DNA of 59,637 bases from Alphaproteobacteria bacterium (GCA_965225945.1 CBDDBZ010000015.1:1-59637); one strand, 5' to 3'. Shown: positions 46,329-57,107, counted from the stretch's first letter. Program-made: numbers and translations. The notes: generated by a model not told the origin, from the letters alone.

Positions 46329-47714
46329 CTATTCCGCCGCTTCCTTGGATGCGCGCTCGGTGAGGCGGTCCAGCGCCCGGGCGAAACGGTCGAACATGTC
46401 GTCGATCTGATCCTCGGTGATGATCAGGGGCGGACAGAAACCGATGGCGTCGTCGGGCAGCGCGCGCAGGATCAGCCCCTCCTCCTGACACAGCGCCTGC
46501 AGCTTCGGCGCCATCTTCAGCGCGGGATCGAAGCGGGCGTGGGCGGCCTTGTCGGGGCTGAGCTCGAGAGCGCCGATCAGGCCGACGCCCCGGGCCTCGC
46601 CGACCAGGGGATGGCCGGCGAAACCCTCGAGCCGCTGCTGGAAGCGGGGTGCCACGCGGCGCACATGGGCGATGATCTCCCGCTCCTCCATCAGCTCGAG
46701 CGTACGCAGCGCCACCGCCGCGCAAACCGGATGGCCGGAATAGGTGAAACCGTGGCCGAAGATGCCGAGCGAGGCACTCTGCGCCCTGAGCGCCTCGAAG
46801 ATCTCCTCCGAGATCAGCACCGCCGAGATCGGCAGATAGGCCGACGACAGCGCCTTGGCGCAGGTCAGGATATCGGGCTCGATCTCGAAAGTCTCCGAGC
46901 CCCACCAGTTGCCGGTCCGCCCGAAGCCGCAGATCACCTCGTCCGCCACCATCAGCACTTCGTGCTTCCTCAGCACCGCCTGGATCTTGGGGAAATAGCT
47001 CTCGGGCGGGACGATGACGCCGCCGGCGCCCATCACCGGCTCGGCGATGAAGGCGGCCACGGTCTCCGCTCCCTCGGCCTGGATCATGTCGTCCAGTTCC
47101 TCGGCCAGGCGGGTGGCGTAGTCCGCCTCGCTCTCGCCCGCTTCCGCGCCGTGGTAATAATGGGGACAGGCGGCGTGCTTGATCCGCTCGATCGGCAGGT
47201 CGAAGGCGTTCTGGGCGTAAGGGAGGCCGGTGAGGCTGCCCGACGCCACGGTGACACCATGATAGCCCCTGAGCCGCGAGATGATCTTCTTCTTCGAGCT
47301 CCGGCCCCTGGCGTTGTTGAAGTACCAGACCATCTTCACCATGGAATCGTTGGCTTCCGAGCCCGAGTTGGCGAAGAACACCTTCGAGAGCGAGGGCGGC
47401 GCCACGCCCAACAACTTCTCCGCCAGGTCGATCAGCGGGCCGGTCGATTTGCCGGCGAAGGCATGGTAGAAGGGCAGGCGTTCCATCTGCGCCGTCGCCG
47501 CCTTGATCAGCTCACGCTCGTGGAAGCCGAGGGAGGTGCACCAGAGCCCGGCCAGGCCCTCGATATATTCCTTGCCGCCGTCGTCGTAGACGAAAATGCC
47601 CTTGCCGGAATCGATGATGTGCGGCCCGACGTCGGGGTGCTGGTCCAGGTTGGTGTAAGGATGCAGCACGTTGGCGATGTCGCGGCTGGCGGGGGAATTG
47701 CCGAAGTCGGTCAT
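46329..47714 (-). CDS. Class III (omega-amino acid) aminotransferase
   Basis: LHPYT, GLAGLW, NSGSEAND, YHG, FIAEPVMGAGG, DEVICGFGRTG, AKALSS, HGFTYSGHP. Confidence 0.93.
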   Translation of the reverse strand: MTDFGNSPASRDIANVLHPYTNLDQHPDVGPHIIDSGKGIFVYDDGGKEYIEGLAGLWCTSLGFHERELIKAATAQMERLPFYHAFAGKSTGPLIDLAEKLLGVAPPSLSKVFFANSGSEANDSMVKMVWYFNNARGRSSKKKIISRLRGYHGVTVASGSLTGLPYAQNAFDLPIERIKHAACPHYYHGAEAGESEADYATRLAEELDDMIQAEGAETVAAFIAEPVMGAGGVIVPPESYFPKIQAVLRKHEVLMVADEVICGFGRTGNWWGSETFEIEPDILTCAKALSSAYLPISAVLISEEIFEALRAQSASLGIFGHGFTYSGHPVCAAVALRTLELMEEREIIAHVRRVAPRFQQRLEGFAGHPLVGEARGVGLIGALELSPDKAAHARFDPALKMAPKLQALCQEEGLILRALPDDAIGFCPPLIITEDQIDDMFDRFARALDRLTERASKEAAE

Positions 47715-47954
47715 GGCTCCGCTCCAATCCAATTGGGGCTCGGTATCGGCCTTCATTTCACGCCTCGGGCGGGAGCGAGTCAAAGAGTCCGACTTGCAAT
47801 TCCCCGAGGCCGGCAAGACTCGCCGATGGCGACGTTTCGCTCGGACAGGTAAAGAATCCCTCGGGCTCGCGCGGCGCGCCTTGCGGGCCGGGCGCGCATG
47901 CGACAGAATCCCCCCGCCGGCCAGAGGGCGGGGCGTAGCGGAGAGGCAGAGACG

Positions 47955-50237
47955 ATGAACGAGGCGAGCAAGACTTTCAAATGGATCGGCACCCGCCCGG
48001 TGCGTCCCGACGGGGTCGAGAAGGTGAACGGCAAGGCCAAGTACGGCGCCGATTATATCTTCCCCGGCATGCTGACCTGCAAGGTTCTGCGCAGCCCCCA
48101 CGCGCACGCCCGCATTCGCTCGCTCGACACCTCGAAGGCCGCGGCCCATCCCGGCGTCAAGGCGGTGATGACGGCCGACGACCTGCCCGACCAGAAGTTC
48201 GAATACATCGGCCCCGACCGGGTGCAGGTGAACTTCCATCACGTCACCCGCAACATCATGGCCAGGGAAAAGGCGCTTTACGAGGGCCACGCCATCGCCG
48301 CCGTCGCCGCCACCAGCGAGCGAATCGCCGAGGAAGCGCTGGAGCTGATCGAGGTCGACTACGAGGTCCTGCCGCATGTGATCGACATCCGGGACGCGAT
48401 AAAGCCCGACGCGCCGCTGCTCTGGGACGACATGATCACCCGCGGCCTCGATCTCGCGCCCAACACCTCCTCCAACGTCGCCAAGCACGCCGAGTTCGGT
48501 CACGGCGACATCGAGGCCGGCTTCGCCCAGGCCGACGAGATCGTCGAGATGGAGTTCACCACCGAGCCGGTCCATCAGGGCTACATCGAACCGCACGCCT
48601 GCGTCGCCATTTGCAACGCCGACAGCCAGGCCGAGATCTATAGCTCGAGCCAGGGCCACTTCGTGGTCCGCGCCCTCACCGCCAAGATCACCGGCATGCG
48701 AACGGGCGACATCCGCGTCATCCCGGCGGAGATCGGCGGCGGCTTCGGCGGCAAGACCGTGGTCTATCTCGAGCCGCTGGCCCTGGTCCTGGCGCGCAAG
48801 AGCGGGCATCCGGTCCGCGCGGTGATGAGCCGGACGGAGACCTTCAAATGCTCCGGCCCGACCTCGGGCGGGCTCATGCGGGTCAAGATCGGCGCCACCT
48901 CGGACGGGCGGATCACCGCGGCCGACGGCAACTTCGCGCTGCAGGCCGGCGCCTTCCCCGGTTCGCCCATGATGGGCGCCGCGATGTGCGCCTTCTCCTG
49001 CTACGACCTGGAGAACGTGCGCGCTACCGGTCAGGACGTGGTGACCAACCGACCGAAGGCTGCCGCCTACCGGGCGCCGGGCTCGCCCATTTCGGCCTTC
49101 GGGGTGGAGAGCGTGCTCGACGTCCTGGCCAAGAAGCTGGGGCTGTGTCCGTTGAAGTTCCGGCTGAAGAACGCGGCCAAGGAGGGCACGCGCATGCCCT
49201 TCGGGCCGACTTACAACCGGATCGGCTATGTCGAGACGATCGAGGCGCTGTTGGCCCACGAGCACTACGCAGCACCGTTGGGCGAGAACCAGGGCCGGGG
49301 CATCGCGTCGGGCTATTGGTTCAACGCCGGCGGCGAATCCAGCGCCACCGTGCACGTCAACGAGGACGGCACGGTGACGGTGGCGACCGGCAGTCCGGAC
49401 ATCGGCGGCAGCCGTGCCTCGATGGCGCTGATGGCGGCCGAGACCTTGGGCATCGACTACGACCAGGTGCATTCGATCGTCGCCGACACCGCCTCCGTCG
49501 GCTACACCCACGTCACCGGCGGCAGCCGGGTGACGATGGCCACCGGCCTCGCCGTGATCCGCGCCGCCGAGGACATCATCCGCCAGTTGCGGGAACGGGC
49601 GGCCAAGCTCTGGGACGTCGACGTCGAGGGCGTGCTCTGGGACGACGGCCACGCCAAGCCGGCGAGCAGCAACGTCGGCGATTTCGAGCCGATGTCGTTC
49701 GCCCATATCGCCGCGACCCGGGCGACCACGGGCGGACCCCTGGGCGCCGCGGCCTCGGTCAACGCGACCGGCGTCGGCCCCGGCTTCTCCACCCAGATGT
49801 GCGACGTCGAGGTCGACACCGAGACCGGCAAGGTGACGGTGCTGCGCTTCACCGCGGCCCAGGACGTCGGCAGGGCGATCCACCCGAGCTATGTCGAGGG
49901 CCAGATCCAGGGCGGCGTGGTGCAGGGTATCGGCTGGGCCTTGAACGAGGAGTACATTTATAACGACAAGGGCCTGCTCGATAACGCGAGCTTCCTCGAC
50001 TACCGGGTACCCGTGGCCTCCGACCTGCCGATGATCGAGGCGATCATGGTCGAGGTGCCGAACGAGAATCACCCTTACGGCGTCAAGGGCGTCGGCGAGG
50101 TGAACATCTGCCCGCCGATGGCGGCGATCGCCAACGCCATCGAGGATGCGGTGGGCGTGCGCCTGCAGGCGCTGCCAATGTCGCCGCCCCGGCTGTCGGC
50201 GGCGCTCGACGCGGCGGCCGGCGGCGACGACGACTGA
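47955..50237 (+). CDS. Xanthine dehydrogenase family molybdopterin-binding large subunit
   Basis: RSPHAHARI, HQGYIEPH, IGGGFGGK, AYRAPG, QIQGGVVQGIG, KGVGE. Confidence 0.92.
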   Translation: MNEASKTFKWIGTRPVRPDGVEKVNGKAKYGADYIFPGMLTCKVLRSPHAHARIRSLDTSKAAAHPGVKAVMTADDLPDQKFEYIGPDRVQVNFHHVTRNIMAREKALYEGHAIAAVAATSERIAEEALELIEVDYEVLPHVIDIRDAIKPDAPLLWDDMITRGLDLAPNTSSNVAKHAEFGHGDIEAGFAQADEIVEMEFTTEPVHQGYIEPHACVAICNADSQAEIYSSSQGHFVVRALTAKITGMRTGDIRVIPAEIGGGFGGKTVVYLEPLALVLARKSGHPVRAVMSRTETFKCSGPTSGGLMRVKIGATSDGRITAADGNFALQAGAFPGSPMMGAAMCAFSCYDLENVRATGQDVVTNRPKAAAYRAPGSPISAFGVESVLDVLAKKLGLCPLKFRLKNAAKEGTRMPFGPTYNRIGYVETIEALLAHEHYAAPLGENQGRGIASGYWFNAGGESSATVHVNEDGTVTVATGSPDIGGSRASMALMAAETLGIDYDQVHSIVADTASVGYTHVTGGSRVTMATGLAVIRAAEDIIRQLRERAAKLWDVDVEGVLWDDGHAKPASSNVGDFEPMSFAHIAATRATTGGPLGAAASVNATGVGPGFSTQMCDVEVDTETGKVTVLRFTAAQDVGRAIHPSYVEGQIQGGVVQGIGWALNEEYIYNDKGLLDNASFLDYRVPVASDLPMIEAIMVEVPNENHPYGVKGVGEVNICPPMAAIANAIEDAVGVRLQALPMSPPRLSAALDAAAGGDDD

Positions 50238-50311
50238 CGCCGCGTCGTTCAGGCGGCCTTCGGCGGCCCGCCCGCATGCCGGCTGACGCACGCCAGATTT
50301 GAGGAAACGAC

Positions 50312-51550
50312 ATGACCGCTGAAGCCTTCGGCCCGTTGCAGGGCGTCAAGGTGATCGATCTCACCCACCAGATGGCCGGGCCGACCTGCGGCCTCTTCCT
50401 CGCCGACATGGGCGCGGACGTCATCAAGGTCGAGAAGATCGGCGTCGGCGACGACACCCGGCGGATGTCGCCGCCGGCGATCGCCGGCGAAAGCGCCGCC
50501 TTCATGATGATGAACCGCAACAAACGCGGCGTCGTCCTCGATCTCAAGAGCGCGGGCGGCGCTGAGGTGCTGCGGCGCATGCTGGCCACCGCCGACGTGG
50601 TGATCGAGAACTACCGGGCCGACACCATGGCCAAGCTCGGCCTCGCCTACGAGGATCTAGCCGAGGAGAACCCGGGCCTGATCTACGGCTCGATCTCCGG
50701 CTTCGGCAAGACCGGGCCCTATGCGAACCGCGGCGGCTTCGACCTGATCGCCCAGGCGATGAGCGGGATCATGAGTTGCACCGGCGAGGGCGGCGGACGC
50801 CCGCCGGTCAAGGTCGGGCCGCCGATCTGCGACATCACCGCCGGCCTGCTGCTGGCCATGGGCGTCCTCGCCGCCTATAGCCATCGTCTCAAGACCGGTC
50901 GCGGGCAGGCCGTCGAAACCTCGCTGCTCGAGGCCGGCATCACGCATACCTATTGGCAATCGGCGATCTGCCTCGCCACCGGCGTGGCCCCGGGGGCGCT
51001 CGGCACCGGCCATCCGCTGAGCGCGCCCTACCAGGTGGTGGCGACGGCCGACGGCCACATCGTCATCGGCGCCGCCAACACCAAACTCTGGATCGGCCTC
51101 CTGGAGCTGTTGGATTTGCAAGCGCTGGCGGAAGACCCCCGCTTCCGGGAGAACAGCGACCGGCGCGACAACGTCGATGCCCTGATCCCGATCCTGGAGC
51201 AACGATTCGGGACCAAGAGCTCGGCCGAGTGGCTCGACCTCCTGGCCGAGAACGGGATCCCGGCCGGACCGATCCACGACGTCAAGCAGATGCACGAGGA
51301 CCCGCACACGCTGGCCCGCGAGATGGTGGTCGAGGTCGACCATCCCGTCGCCGGCCCAGTCAAGACCATCGGTCATCCGCTGAAGTTCCAGGCGACGCCC
51401 GCCAAGGTGGCGACGGCCGCGCCCGTCTTCGGCCAGCACACGGCCGAGGTGCTGCTGGAATACGGCTATGGCGAAGGCGAGATCGAGGCGCTGTCGGCCC
51501 AGGGCGCGATCCATCTGGGCGAGGCGCCGCGCCGTGCGGCGGCCGAATAG
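50312..51550 (+). CDS. CaiB/BaiF (family III) CoA transferase
   Basis: AGP...LADMGADVIKVE, GDDTR, NRNKR, ISGFG-TGP, GFDLIAQAMSG, GQHT. Confidence 0.93.
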   Translation: MTAEAFGPLQGVKVIDLTHQMAGPTCGLFLADMGADVIKVEKIGVGDDTRRMSPPAIAGESAAFMMMNRNKRGVVLDLKSAGGAEVLRRMLATADVVIENYRADTMAKLGLAYEDLAEENPGLIYGSISGFGKTGPYANRGGFDLIAQAMSGIMSCTGEGGGRPPVKVGPPICDITAGLLLAMGVLAAYSHRLKTGRGQAVETSLLEAGITHTYWQSAICLATGVAPGALGTGHPLSAPYQVVATADGHIVIGAANTKLWIGLLELLDLQALAEDPRFRENSDRRDNVDALIPILEQRFGTKSSAEWLDLLAENGIPAGPIHDVKQMHEDPHTLAREMVVEVDHPVAGPVKTIGHPLKFQATPAKVATAAPVFGQHTAEVLLEYGYGEGEIEALSAQGAIHLGEAPRRAAAE

Positions 51551-51583
51551 GTCTGAGATTTTCAACCTGAAACGAGGCCCTCC

Positions 51584-52378
51584 ATGCCCAGCAGCACTGA
51601 GAGGATGACCGCCGAGAAGAAGGACGGCATCGGCTGGATGATCTTCAACAATCCGGCGCGATTGAACGCCGTTTCCCTCGACATGTGGCAGGCGGTGCCG
51701 AAGATCATCGCGGACTTTGCGGCCGACGACGAGGTCCGCGTCGTGGTGGTCACCGGCGCCGGCGGCAAGGCCTTCGTCTCGGGCGCCGACATCTCCGAAT
51801 TCGCGGAGAAGCGGGACAGCCAGGAGGCGATCGCCGAATACGATGACGCCGGCACGCGGGCGCACGCAGCACTCGGCGGGATCGAGAAGCCGACCATCGC
51901 GATGATCCGGGGCTACTGCATCGGCGGCGGCATGGCGGTGGCGCTGGATTGCGACCTCAGGATCGCCTCGGAAGGCAGCCGCTTCGCCATTCCCGCCGCC
52001 AAGCTCGGCCTCGGCTACGGCTTCGACGGCATCGCCCGGCTATCCGATCTGGTGGGTCCCGCCGTCGCCAAGGAAATCTTCTATACCGCGCGGCAGTTCT
52101 CGGGCGAGGAGGCGCTGGCGATGGGCCTGATCAACCGCCTGGTGCCGGCCGGCGTGCTCGACGCCTATATCGAGGACTATGCCCGGACCATCGCCTCAAA
52201 CGCGCCGCTCACCATCCGCGCGGTGAAGTTGGCGGTCGCGCAATACCTCAAACCGGAAGCGATGCGCGATCTCGACTCGGTCCAGGCGGCGGTCGAGGCC
52301 TGCTTCGCCAGCACCGACTACATCGAGGGCCGCACCGCCTTCATGGAAAAGCGCAAGCCGGCGTTTCAGGGGCGCTAG
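51584..52378 (+). CDS. Enoyl-CoA hydratase/isomerase family protein
   Basis: AFVSGADISEF, KPTIAMIRGYCIGGG, IPAAKLG, AFMEKRKPAFQGR. Confidence 0.9.
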   Translation: MPSSTERMTAEKKDGIGWMIFNNPARLNAVSLDMWQAVPKIIADFAADDEVRVVVVTGAGGKAFVSGADISEFAEKRDSQEAIAEYDDAGTRAHAALGGIEKPTIAMIRGYCIGGGMAVALDCDLRIASEGSRFAIPAAKLGLGYGFDGIARLSDLVGPAVAKEIFYTARQFSGEEALAMGLINRLVPAGVLDAYIEDYARTIASNAPLTIRAVKLAVAQYLKPEAMRDLDSVQAAVEACFASTDYIEGRTAFMEKRKPAFQGR

Positions 52379-52408
52379 GAGGACCGCTCGGCCCGGCGGC
52401 GAAGCGCT

Positions 52409-53392
52409 TCAGATCAGCTTTCCGATGCGTTCGATGTTCGCCAAGGCTTCCGCCTGTTCCAATCCCGGCCATTGCATCCGCATGATGAAGTGATCGCTGC
52501 CGGTGATCTCCGCGCATTGCTGGAGCTGGTCGCGCACCTCGACCCCATCGCCGATCAGGAAACGCGAGGCAGAGAATTCGTCGAAGGCGGTCTCGAAGTT
52601 TCCGGCGGCGGCGTTCTCCTGCCCCCAGGAAGCATAGGCGGCGTATTTCGCCAGCAAGGGTCCCAGGGAGGTTTCCCGGGCGTGGGCCGAAGTGCGACCG
52701 ATGAAGCATTCCCGAATGATCGGGCATTCGACGTCGGCAGCGAGACCCAAACGCCCGCGCTCGTCCCGGTAAGCGGCGATGAGGCGGGCCAGCTCGTCGA
52801 ACGACGTCGTCGGCGCGGCGAGCCACGCGTCCGCGAGGCGGGCGGCACGGCGCACCGCCGCCTCGACATCGCCACCCAGCCATATCGGCGGCCTGGGCCG
52901 TTGCTTGGGCCGCACGCTCGCGACGGCGCCGTCGAGCTTGAAGTAACGTCCTTCATGGCTGACCGATTCTTCCGTCCAAAGCCGTTTGACGAGCTCCAGC
53001 CCTTCACTCAGGCGGCCGACACGGTTCCCCATGGCCACGCCCGTAGCCTGAAATTCCTCCGGCCGATAGCCGAGGCCGGCCGCGAGCACATAGTTGCCGT
53101 CCGAGAGCCAGTCGAGCGTCGCCGCCTCTTCCGCCACCAGCACCGGGTTCATCATCGAGAGCAGCAGGACGCCGGGGCCGATTTGCATGCCGGCGGCATC
53201 CTCGGCGAGCCGGCCCAGCAACGGCACGGTCTGGAACATGCCCATCGGGCCACAGACCAGATGCTGTCCCAGCAGCAGCGAGGAAAACCCGTTGTCCCTC
53301 GCGGTTCGGACCTGCTGGCGCAGGTCGGCCAAAACCGTCGCGGGATCCTCGCTCGCGCGCCATTGCGAGGCGGTGAACATTCCAATCCGCAT
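52409..53392 (-). CDS. LLM class flavin-dependent oxidoreductase
   Basis: GQH, NPVLVAEEAATLD, GLGYRPEEF, PKQRPRPPIWLGG, RAARLAD. Confidence 0.9.
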   Translation of the reverse strand: MRIGMFTASQWRASEDPATVLADLRQQVRTARDNGFSSLLLGQHLVCGPMGMFQTVPLLGRLAEDAAGMQIGPGVLLLSMMNPVLVAEEAATLDWLSDGNYVLAAGLGYRPEEFQATGVAMGNRVGRLSEGLELVKRLWTEESVSHEGRYFKLDGAVASVRPKQRPRPPIWLGGDVEAAVRRAARLADAWLAAPTTSFDELARLIAAYRDERGRLGLAADVECPIIRECFIGRTSAHARETSLGPLLAKYAAYASWGQENAAAGNFETAFDEFSASRFLIGDGVEVRDQLQQCAEITGSDHFIMRMQWPGLEQAEALANIERIGKLI

Positions 53393-53555
53393 GTCATCCT
53401 CCCTTGGGCGTCCCGCCCCACCATATATCCTTCAGGCGAAGCGACGACTTGAGAAAGGCGACGGTATCCACATTTATCCCCGCCGAACACGCCGCGACGA
53501 TGGCAGCCTGTGTCCGGGTCGGCGAACGACGCGCTCCCGGCTTGGGCAATCGCGA

Positions 53556-55082
53556 TCAGACCTCGGGCGGACGCCACCTGACGAGAATGATCAGCGGTGC
53601 CACGGCAAGCGCGGTCAGCGTGTACATGTAGAAGGCATCGATATAGCCGATCATCGCGGCCTGCCGGTGCACTTCGCCGCCGATCGCGGCGAGGCCGAGC
53701 GTCGAATCGGGATTCCAAGCTCCGAGCAAGAAGGAATATTTCAAGGTTTCGTTGAACGGCGACACGCCCTCGGCGATTTCGGCGTAGTTCACCTTGGACA
53801 TGTGGATCACCAAGGCGACCGAGAGCGAGACGTGAATCGAGCTGCCGATGTTGCGGAACAGATGGAACATCGCCATGCCCTCGGGCAATTGGCGCGGATT
53901 CAACGTGGCGAAGGTCACCAGCGTCAGCGGCACCCAAAGGAAGCCGACGCCGAGACCTTGGAGAAAACTGGTCCAGGCGATGTCGAAGGTGGTGACGTTG
54001 ATATCGAACCCGGTCATCGCCAGGCCGGCAATACCTTGAAAGCCGAAGCCGCAGACCAGCCAAATCCGAGGGTCGGCCCGGTGGCCGAAGAACATGCAGA
54101 TAAAGCCCAACAGCGTGCCGAGGCTGCGCGCGGCGAGCAGCAGGCCGATCACCGAGTCGGGATAGCCCTTGAGGCCCTGCAACAGCGACGGCAGCAATAC
54201 CATCGGGGTGAAGTTCAACATGCCGAATATGATCGTCAGCAGCAGGCCGACGGTGAAATTGCGGTCGAGGAAGAGGCGGGGATTAATGAAGGGATTGTCC
54301 GAAGTCAGGATGTGGACGAAAAAGAGATAGATGGCGATGAGGGCGACGACCGCTTCCAAGAGGATTTCGTTGGAATCGAACCAATCCGCCCGTTCGCCCC
54401 GATCGAGCATGAATTGGAAGGCGGCGATCGCCACGGCAAGGGCGATGAAACCCGTCCAGTCCAGGCGGATCCGGCTGGTGCTATCGCCGACCCGCACGAA
54501 CGTCCAAATTCCGGCGAAGACGATGCAGCCGAGCGGCACCATCATGAAAAACACCCAACGCCAGCTATAGGCCTCGCTCAGATAGCCGCCGAGGGTCGGC
54601 GCGAAGACCGGCCCCAGCACCACCCCCATGCCGTAGACGGCGGTTACCGTGCCGTGGTTCTTCCTCGGGTAGCTTTCGAGGATGATGGCTTGGGCGAGCG
54701 GGGCCAGCGGCGCGCCGAAGAAGCCCTGGACGAAGCGGAGAACCACGAGCTCGGCGAGCCCGGTGGCGAAGCCGCAGAACAGCGTCGCGACGGTGAAGCC
54801 GCTGATCGCGAGGATCATGGTCCCCCGCCGCCCGAAGCGCGCCGCCAGCCAGCCCGTCATCGGCGTGGCGACGGCGGTGGCGACGATGTTGAAGGTCACG
54901 ACCAGGGCGATCTGGTCCTGCGTCGCTGCGAGCGCGCCCTGCATTTGCGGCAGCGAGACGTTGGCGATGGTGATCGTCATGGCGTAGAGCGCCACGGCCA
55001 TGGTCAGCGTGATCAGGACGGCCGCGCGCCGGAAGGCGGAGATCCTCGGCGCCCCGTCGTCGGCTTCGCTCACGCTGCTCAC
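53556..55082 (-). CDS. DHA2 (EmrB/QacA-like) MFS efflux permease
   Basis: TIANVSLP, GWLAARFGRR, RFVQGFFG, GPVFAPTLGG, SWRWVFF, FRNIGSS; about 14 hydrophobic segments. Confidence 0.9.
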   Translation of the reverse strand: MSSVSEADDGAPRISAFRRAAVLITLTMAVALYAMTITIANVSLPQMQGALAATQDQIALVVTFNIVATAVATPMTGWLAARFGRRGTMILAISGFTVATLFCGFATGLAELVVLRFVQGFFGAPLAPLAQAIILESYPRKNHGTVTAVYGMGVVLGPVFAPTLGGYLSEAYSWRWVFFMMVPLGCIVFAGIWTFVRVGDSTSRIRLDWTGFIALAVAIAAFQFMLDRGERADWFDSNEILLEAVVALIAIYLFFVHILTSDNPFINPRLFLDRNFTVGLLLTIIFGMLNFTPMVLLPSLLQGLKGYPDSVIGLLLAARSLGTLLGFICMFFGHRADPRIWLVCGFGFQGIAGLAMTGFDINVTTFDIAWTSFLQGLGVGFLWVPLTLVTFATLNPRQLPEGMAMFHLFRNIGSSIHVSLSVALVIHMSKVNYAEIAEGVSPFNETLKYSFLLGAWNPDSTLGLAAIGGEVHRQAAMIGYIDAFYMYTLTALAVAPLIILVRWRPPEV

Positions 55083-55258
55083 GCTGGAGGTTCTCCGGTT
55101 GAACCGGCTTCACGCCTCGGCGAGGCGAAGGCGGAAGGTCGGGCGCTTTCGGGTTGGTCCCGCCGCCCGCGTCGGCTTCGATCGACTTCTCCGAGATGAC
55201 CTGGACGACCGCCTGTTCCGTGCCTCGCAGACTAGGCATTCGGGCGCTCGATGACAAT

Positions 55259-55304
55259 CCGGAGGTCGTGGCCGGAGGTCGTGGCCGGAGGTCGATGCCT
55301 CCGG
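55259..55304. repeat. 13-bp tandem repeat ending in a small hairpin, in a divergent intergenic region
   Basis: ccggaggtcgtgg twice plus ccggaggtcg, followed by atgcctccgg, whose cctccgg pairs with ccggagg. Confidence 0.6.
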
Positions 55305-55412
55305 GTCTCGGTATTGCCGCCGAGCCGCGCTCGCGGCCGAGCGGGACAAGCCGAGGACGCGGCGCTATACCATGCGGCGGGACGTGGCGAGCACGCTTCG
55401 GGGAGGCGAGGA

Positions 55413-57101
55413 ATGACGCGGACGAGTAACCAGCGCTCGGGCGGACAGCTCCTGGTTGACCAGCTCGAGGTCCATGGTGTCGACATGGTGTTCTCGGTGC
55501 CGGGGGAAAGCTTTCTCGCCGCCCTCGACGCCTTCGCCGATCACGAGGACTCGATTCGGCTGGTGACCTGCCGGCACGAGGCGGGCGCCGCCAACATGGC
55601 GGAGGCCTACGCCAAGATGACCGGCAAGCCCGGTGTCTGCTTCGTGACCCGCGGCCCCGGCGCCTGCCACGCCAGCGTCGCCCTGCACACGGCGTTTCAG
55701 GACTCGACGCCGGTGGTGCTGTTCGTCGGCCAGGTGGCCCGTGACATGCGCGAGCGCGAGGCCTTCCAGGAGATGGATTTTCGGCGATTTTTCTCCGAGC
55801 TCTCCAAGTGGTCGGCGGAGATCGACGATGCCGCGCGGATCCCCGAACTGGTGAGCCAGGCCTTCCACCGGGCGACGGCGGGGCGGCCGGGGCCGGTGGT
55901 GCTGGCGCTGCCGGAGGACATGCTGCGCGACAGAACCGGGGTGGCGGACGCGCGGCCCTACCGGCGGACCGAGGCCCATCCCGGACCCGGCGACATGGCC
56001 GCCTTGGCCGCCCTGCTGGGCGAGGCGTCCCGGCCTATGATGATGCTCGGCGGCGGCACCTGGTCGGCCCGCGCCGTCGCCGACATCACCCGCTTCGCGG
56101 AAGCCTTCCAACTGCCGGTCGCGACCGCCTTCCGCAACCAGGACCGCTTCGACAACAACCATCCGAACTATGCCGGCGAGGTCGCCATCGCCAGCAACCC
56201 GGCGCTGATCGACCGCGTCAAGGAGGCCGACCTGCTGCTCCTCGTCGGCCCCAGGCTCGGCGAGCAAACCTCGCAGGGCTATGGCCTGATCGAGATCCCG
56301 AGCCCGAGCCAGCCGGTGGTCCACGTGCATCCGGGCGCGGAGGAGCTGGGCCGCGTGTTTCGGCCTGAGCTGGCGATCAACGCCTCGATGACCGCCTTCG
56401 CTTCGGCCGCGGCGGCGCTCACGCCGAGCGCCCCGCCCGAGCGGGCCGCGTGGAGCGAGACGGCGCGCCAGGACTATCTCGCCTGGCAGGTGATCCAGCC
56501 TTCCGTCGGCGAGCTGGACATGGCGCATGTGATCGAGGTGCTGCGCGAGACGCTGCCCGCCGACACGGTCATCGCCAACGACGCCGGCAACTTTTCCGGC
56601 TGGGCGCACCGCTATCTCCGCTTCTCGGTCTACCCCAGCCAGGTGGGCCCGACCAGTGGCGCCATGGGCTACGGCGTGCCGGCGGCGATCGCGGCGGCGG
56701 CCGCGGCGCCGGATCGCCAAGTCGTCGGCTTCGTCGGCGACGGCGGCTTTCTGATGAGCGCGGCCGAGATCGCGACCGCCCTGCACCACGGCTTCAAGGC
56801 GCTGCTGTTGGTCGTCAACAACAACCTCTACGGCACCATCCGCATGCATCAGGAGCGCGAGTATCCCGGCCGCCACCCCGGCACCGATCTCACCAACCCG
56901 GATTTCGCCGCCTTCGCGCGTTCCTTCGGCGCCTTCGGCGAGGTGGTGGAGCGGAACGAGGACTTCGCCCCGGCGCTGACGCGCGCGCTCGCCGCCGATC
57001 GGATTGCGGTGCTGGAGCTCAGGGTCGCGCCGGAGGCGATCACCACCGGCGCGACCCTGACGCAAATCCGCGAAACCGCGCTGGCGCGGGCGAGGGGGTG
57101 A
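55413..57101 (+). CDS. Thiamine pyrophosphate-binding enzyme (acetolactate synthase-like)
   Basis: VPGESFL, CRHEAGA, TRGPG, GRPGPV, SGAMGYG, GDGGF...NN TPP motif. Confidence 0.92.
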   Translation: MTRTSNQRSGGQLLVDQLEVHGVDMVFSVPGESFLAALDAFADHEDSIRLVTCRHEAGAANMAEAYAKMTGKPGVCFVTRGPGACHASVALHTAFQDSTPVVLFVGQVARDMREREAFQEMDFRRFFSELSKWSAEIDDAARIPELVSQAFHRATAGRPGPVVLALPEDMLRDRTGVADARPYRRTEAHPGPGDMAALAALLGEASRPMMMLGGGTWSARAVADITRFAEAFQLPVATAFRNQDRFDNNHPNYAGEVAIASNPALIDRVKEADLLLLVGPRLGEQTSQGYGLIEIPSPSQPVVHVHPGAEELGRVFRPELAINASMTAFASAAAALTPSAPPERAAWSETARQDYLAWQVIQPSVGELDMAHVIEVLRETLPADTVIANDAGNFSGWAHRYLRFSVYPSQVGPTSGAMGYGVPAAIAAAAAAPDRQVVGFVGDGGFLMSAAEIATALHHGFKALLLVVNNNLYGTIRMHQEREYPGRHPGTDLTNPDFAAFARSFGAFGEVVERNEDFAPALTRALAADRIAVLELRVAPEAITTGATLTQIRETALARARG

Positions 57102-57107
57102 GGAAGC

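Noticed and set aside
47955-50237. Aerobic CO dehydrogenase CoxL (given the CoxD/CoxE-like pair in the window)
   Set aside because: The active-site loop is AYRAPG, not AYxCSFR or AYRGAGR; there is no coxM/coxS, and MoxR/VWA is 45 kb away.
46329-50291. 1320-aa ORF as a giant fusion protein
   Set aside because: Only the last 461 aa are an aminotransferase; the rest is the antisense shadow of the molybdoenzyme gene, common in high-GC DNA.
53094-55199. 701-aa plus-strand ORF
   Set aside because: Antisense to the MFS and LLM genes; no motifs.
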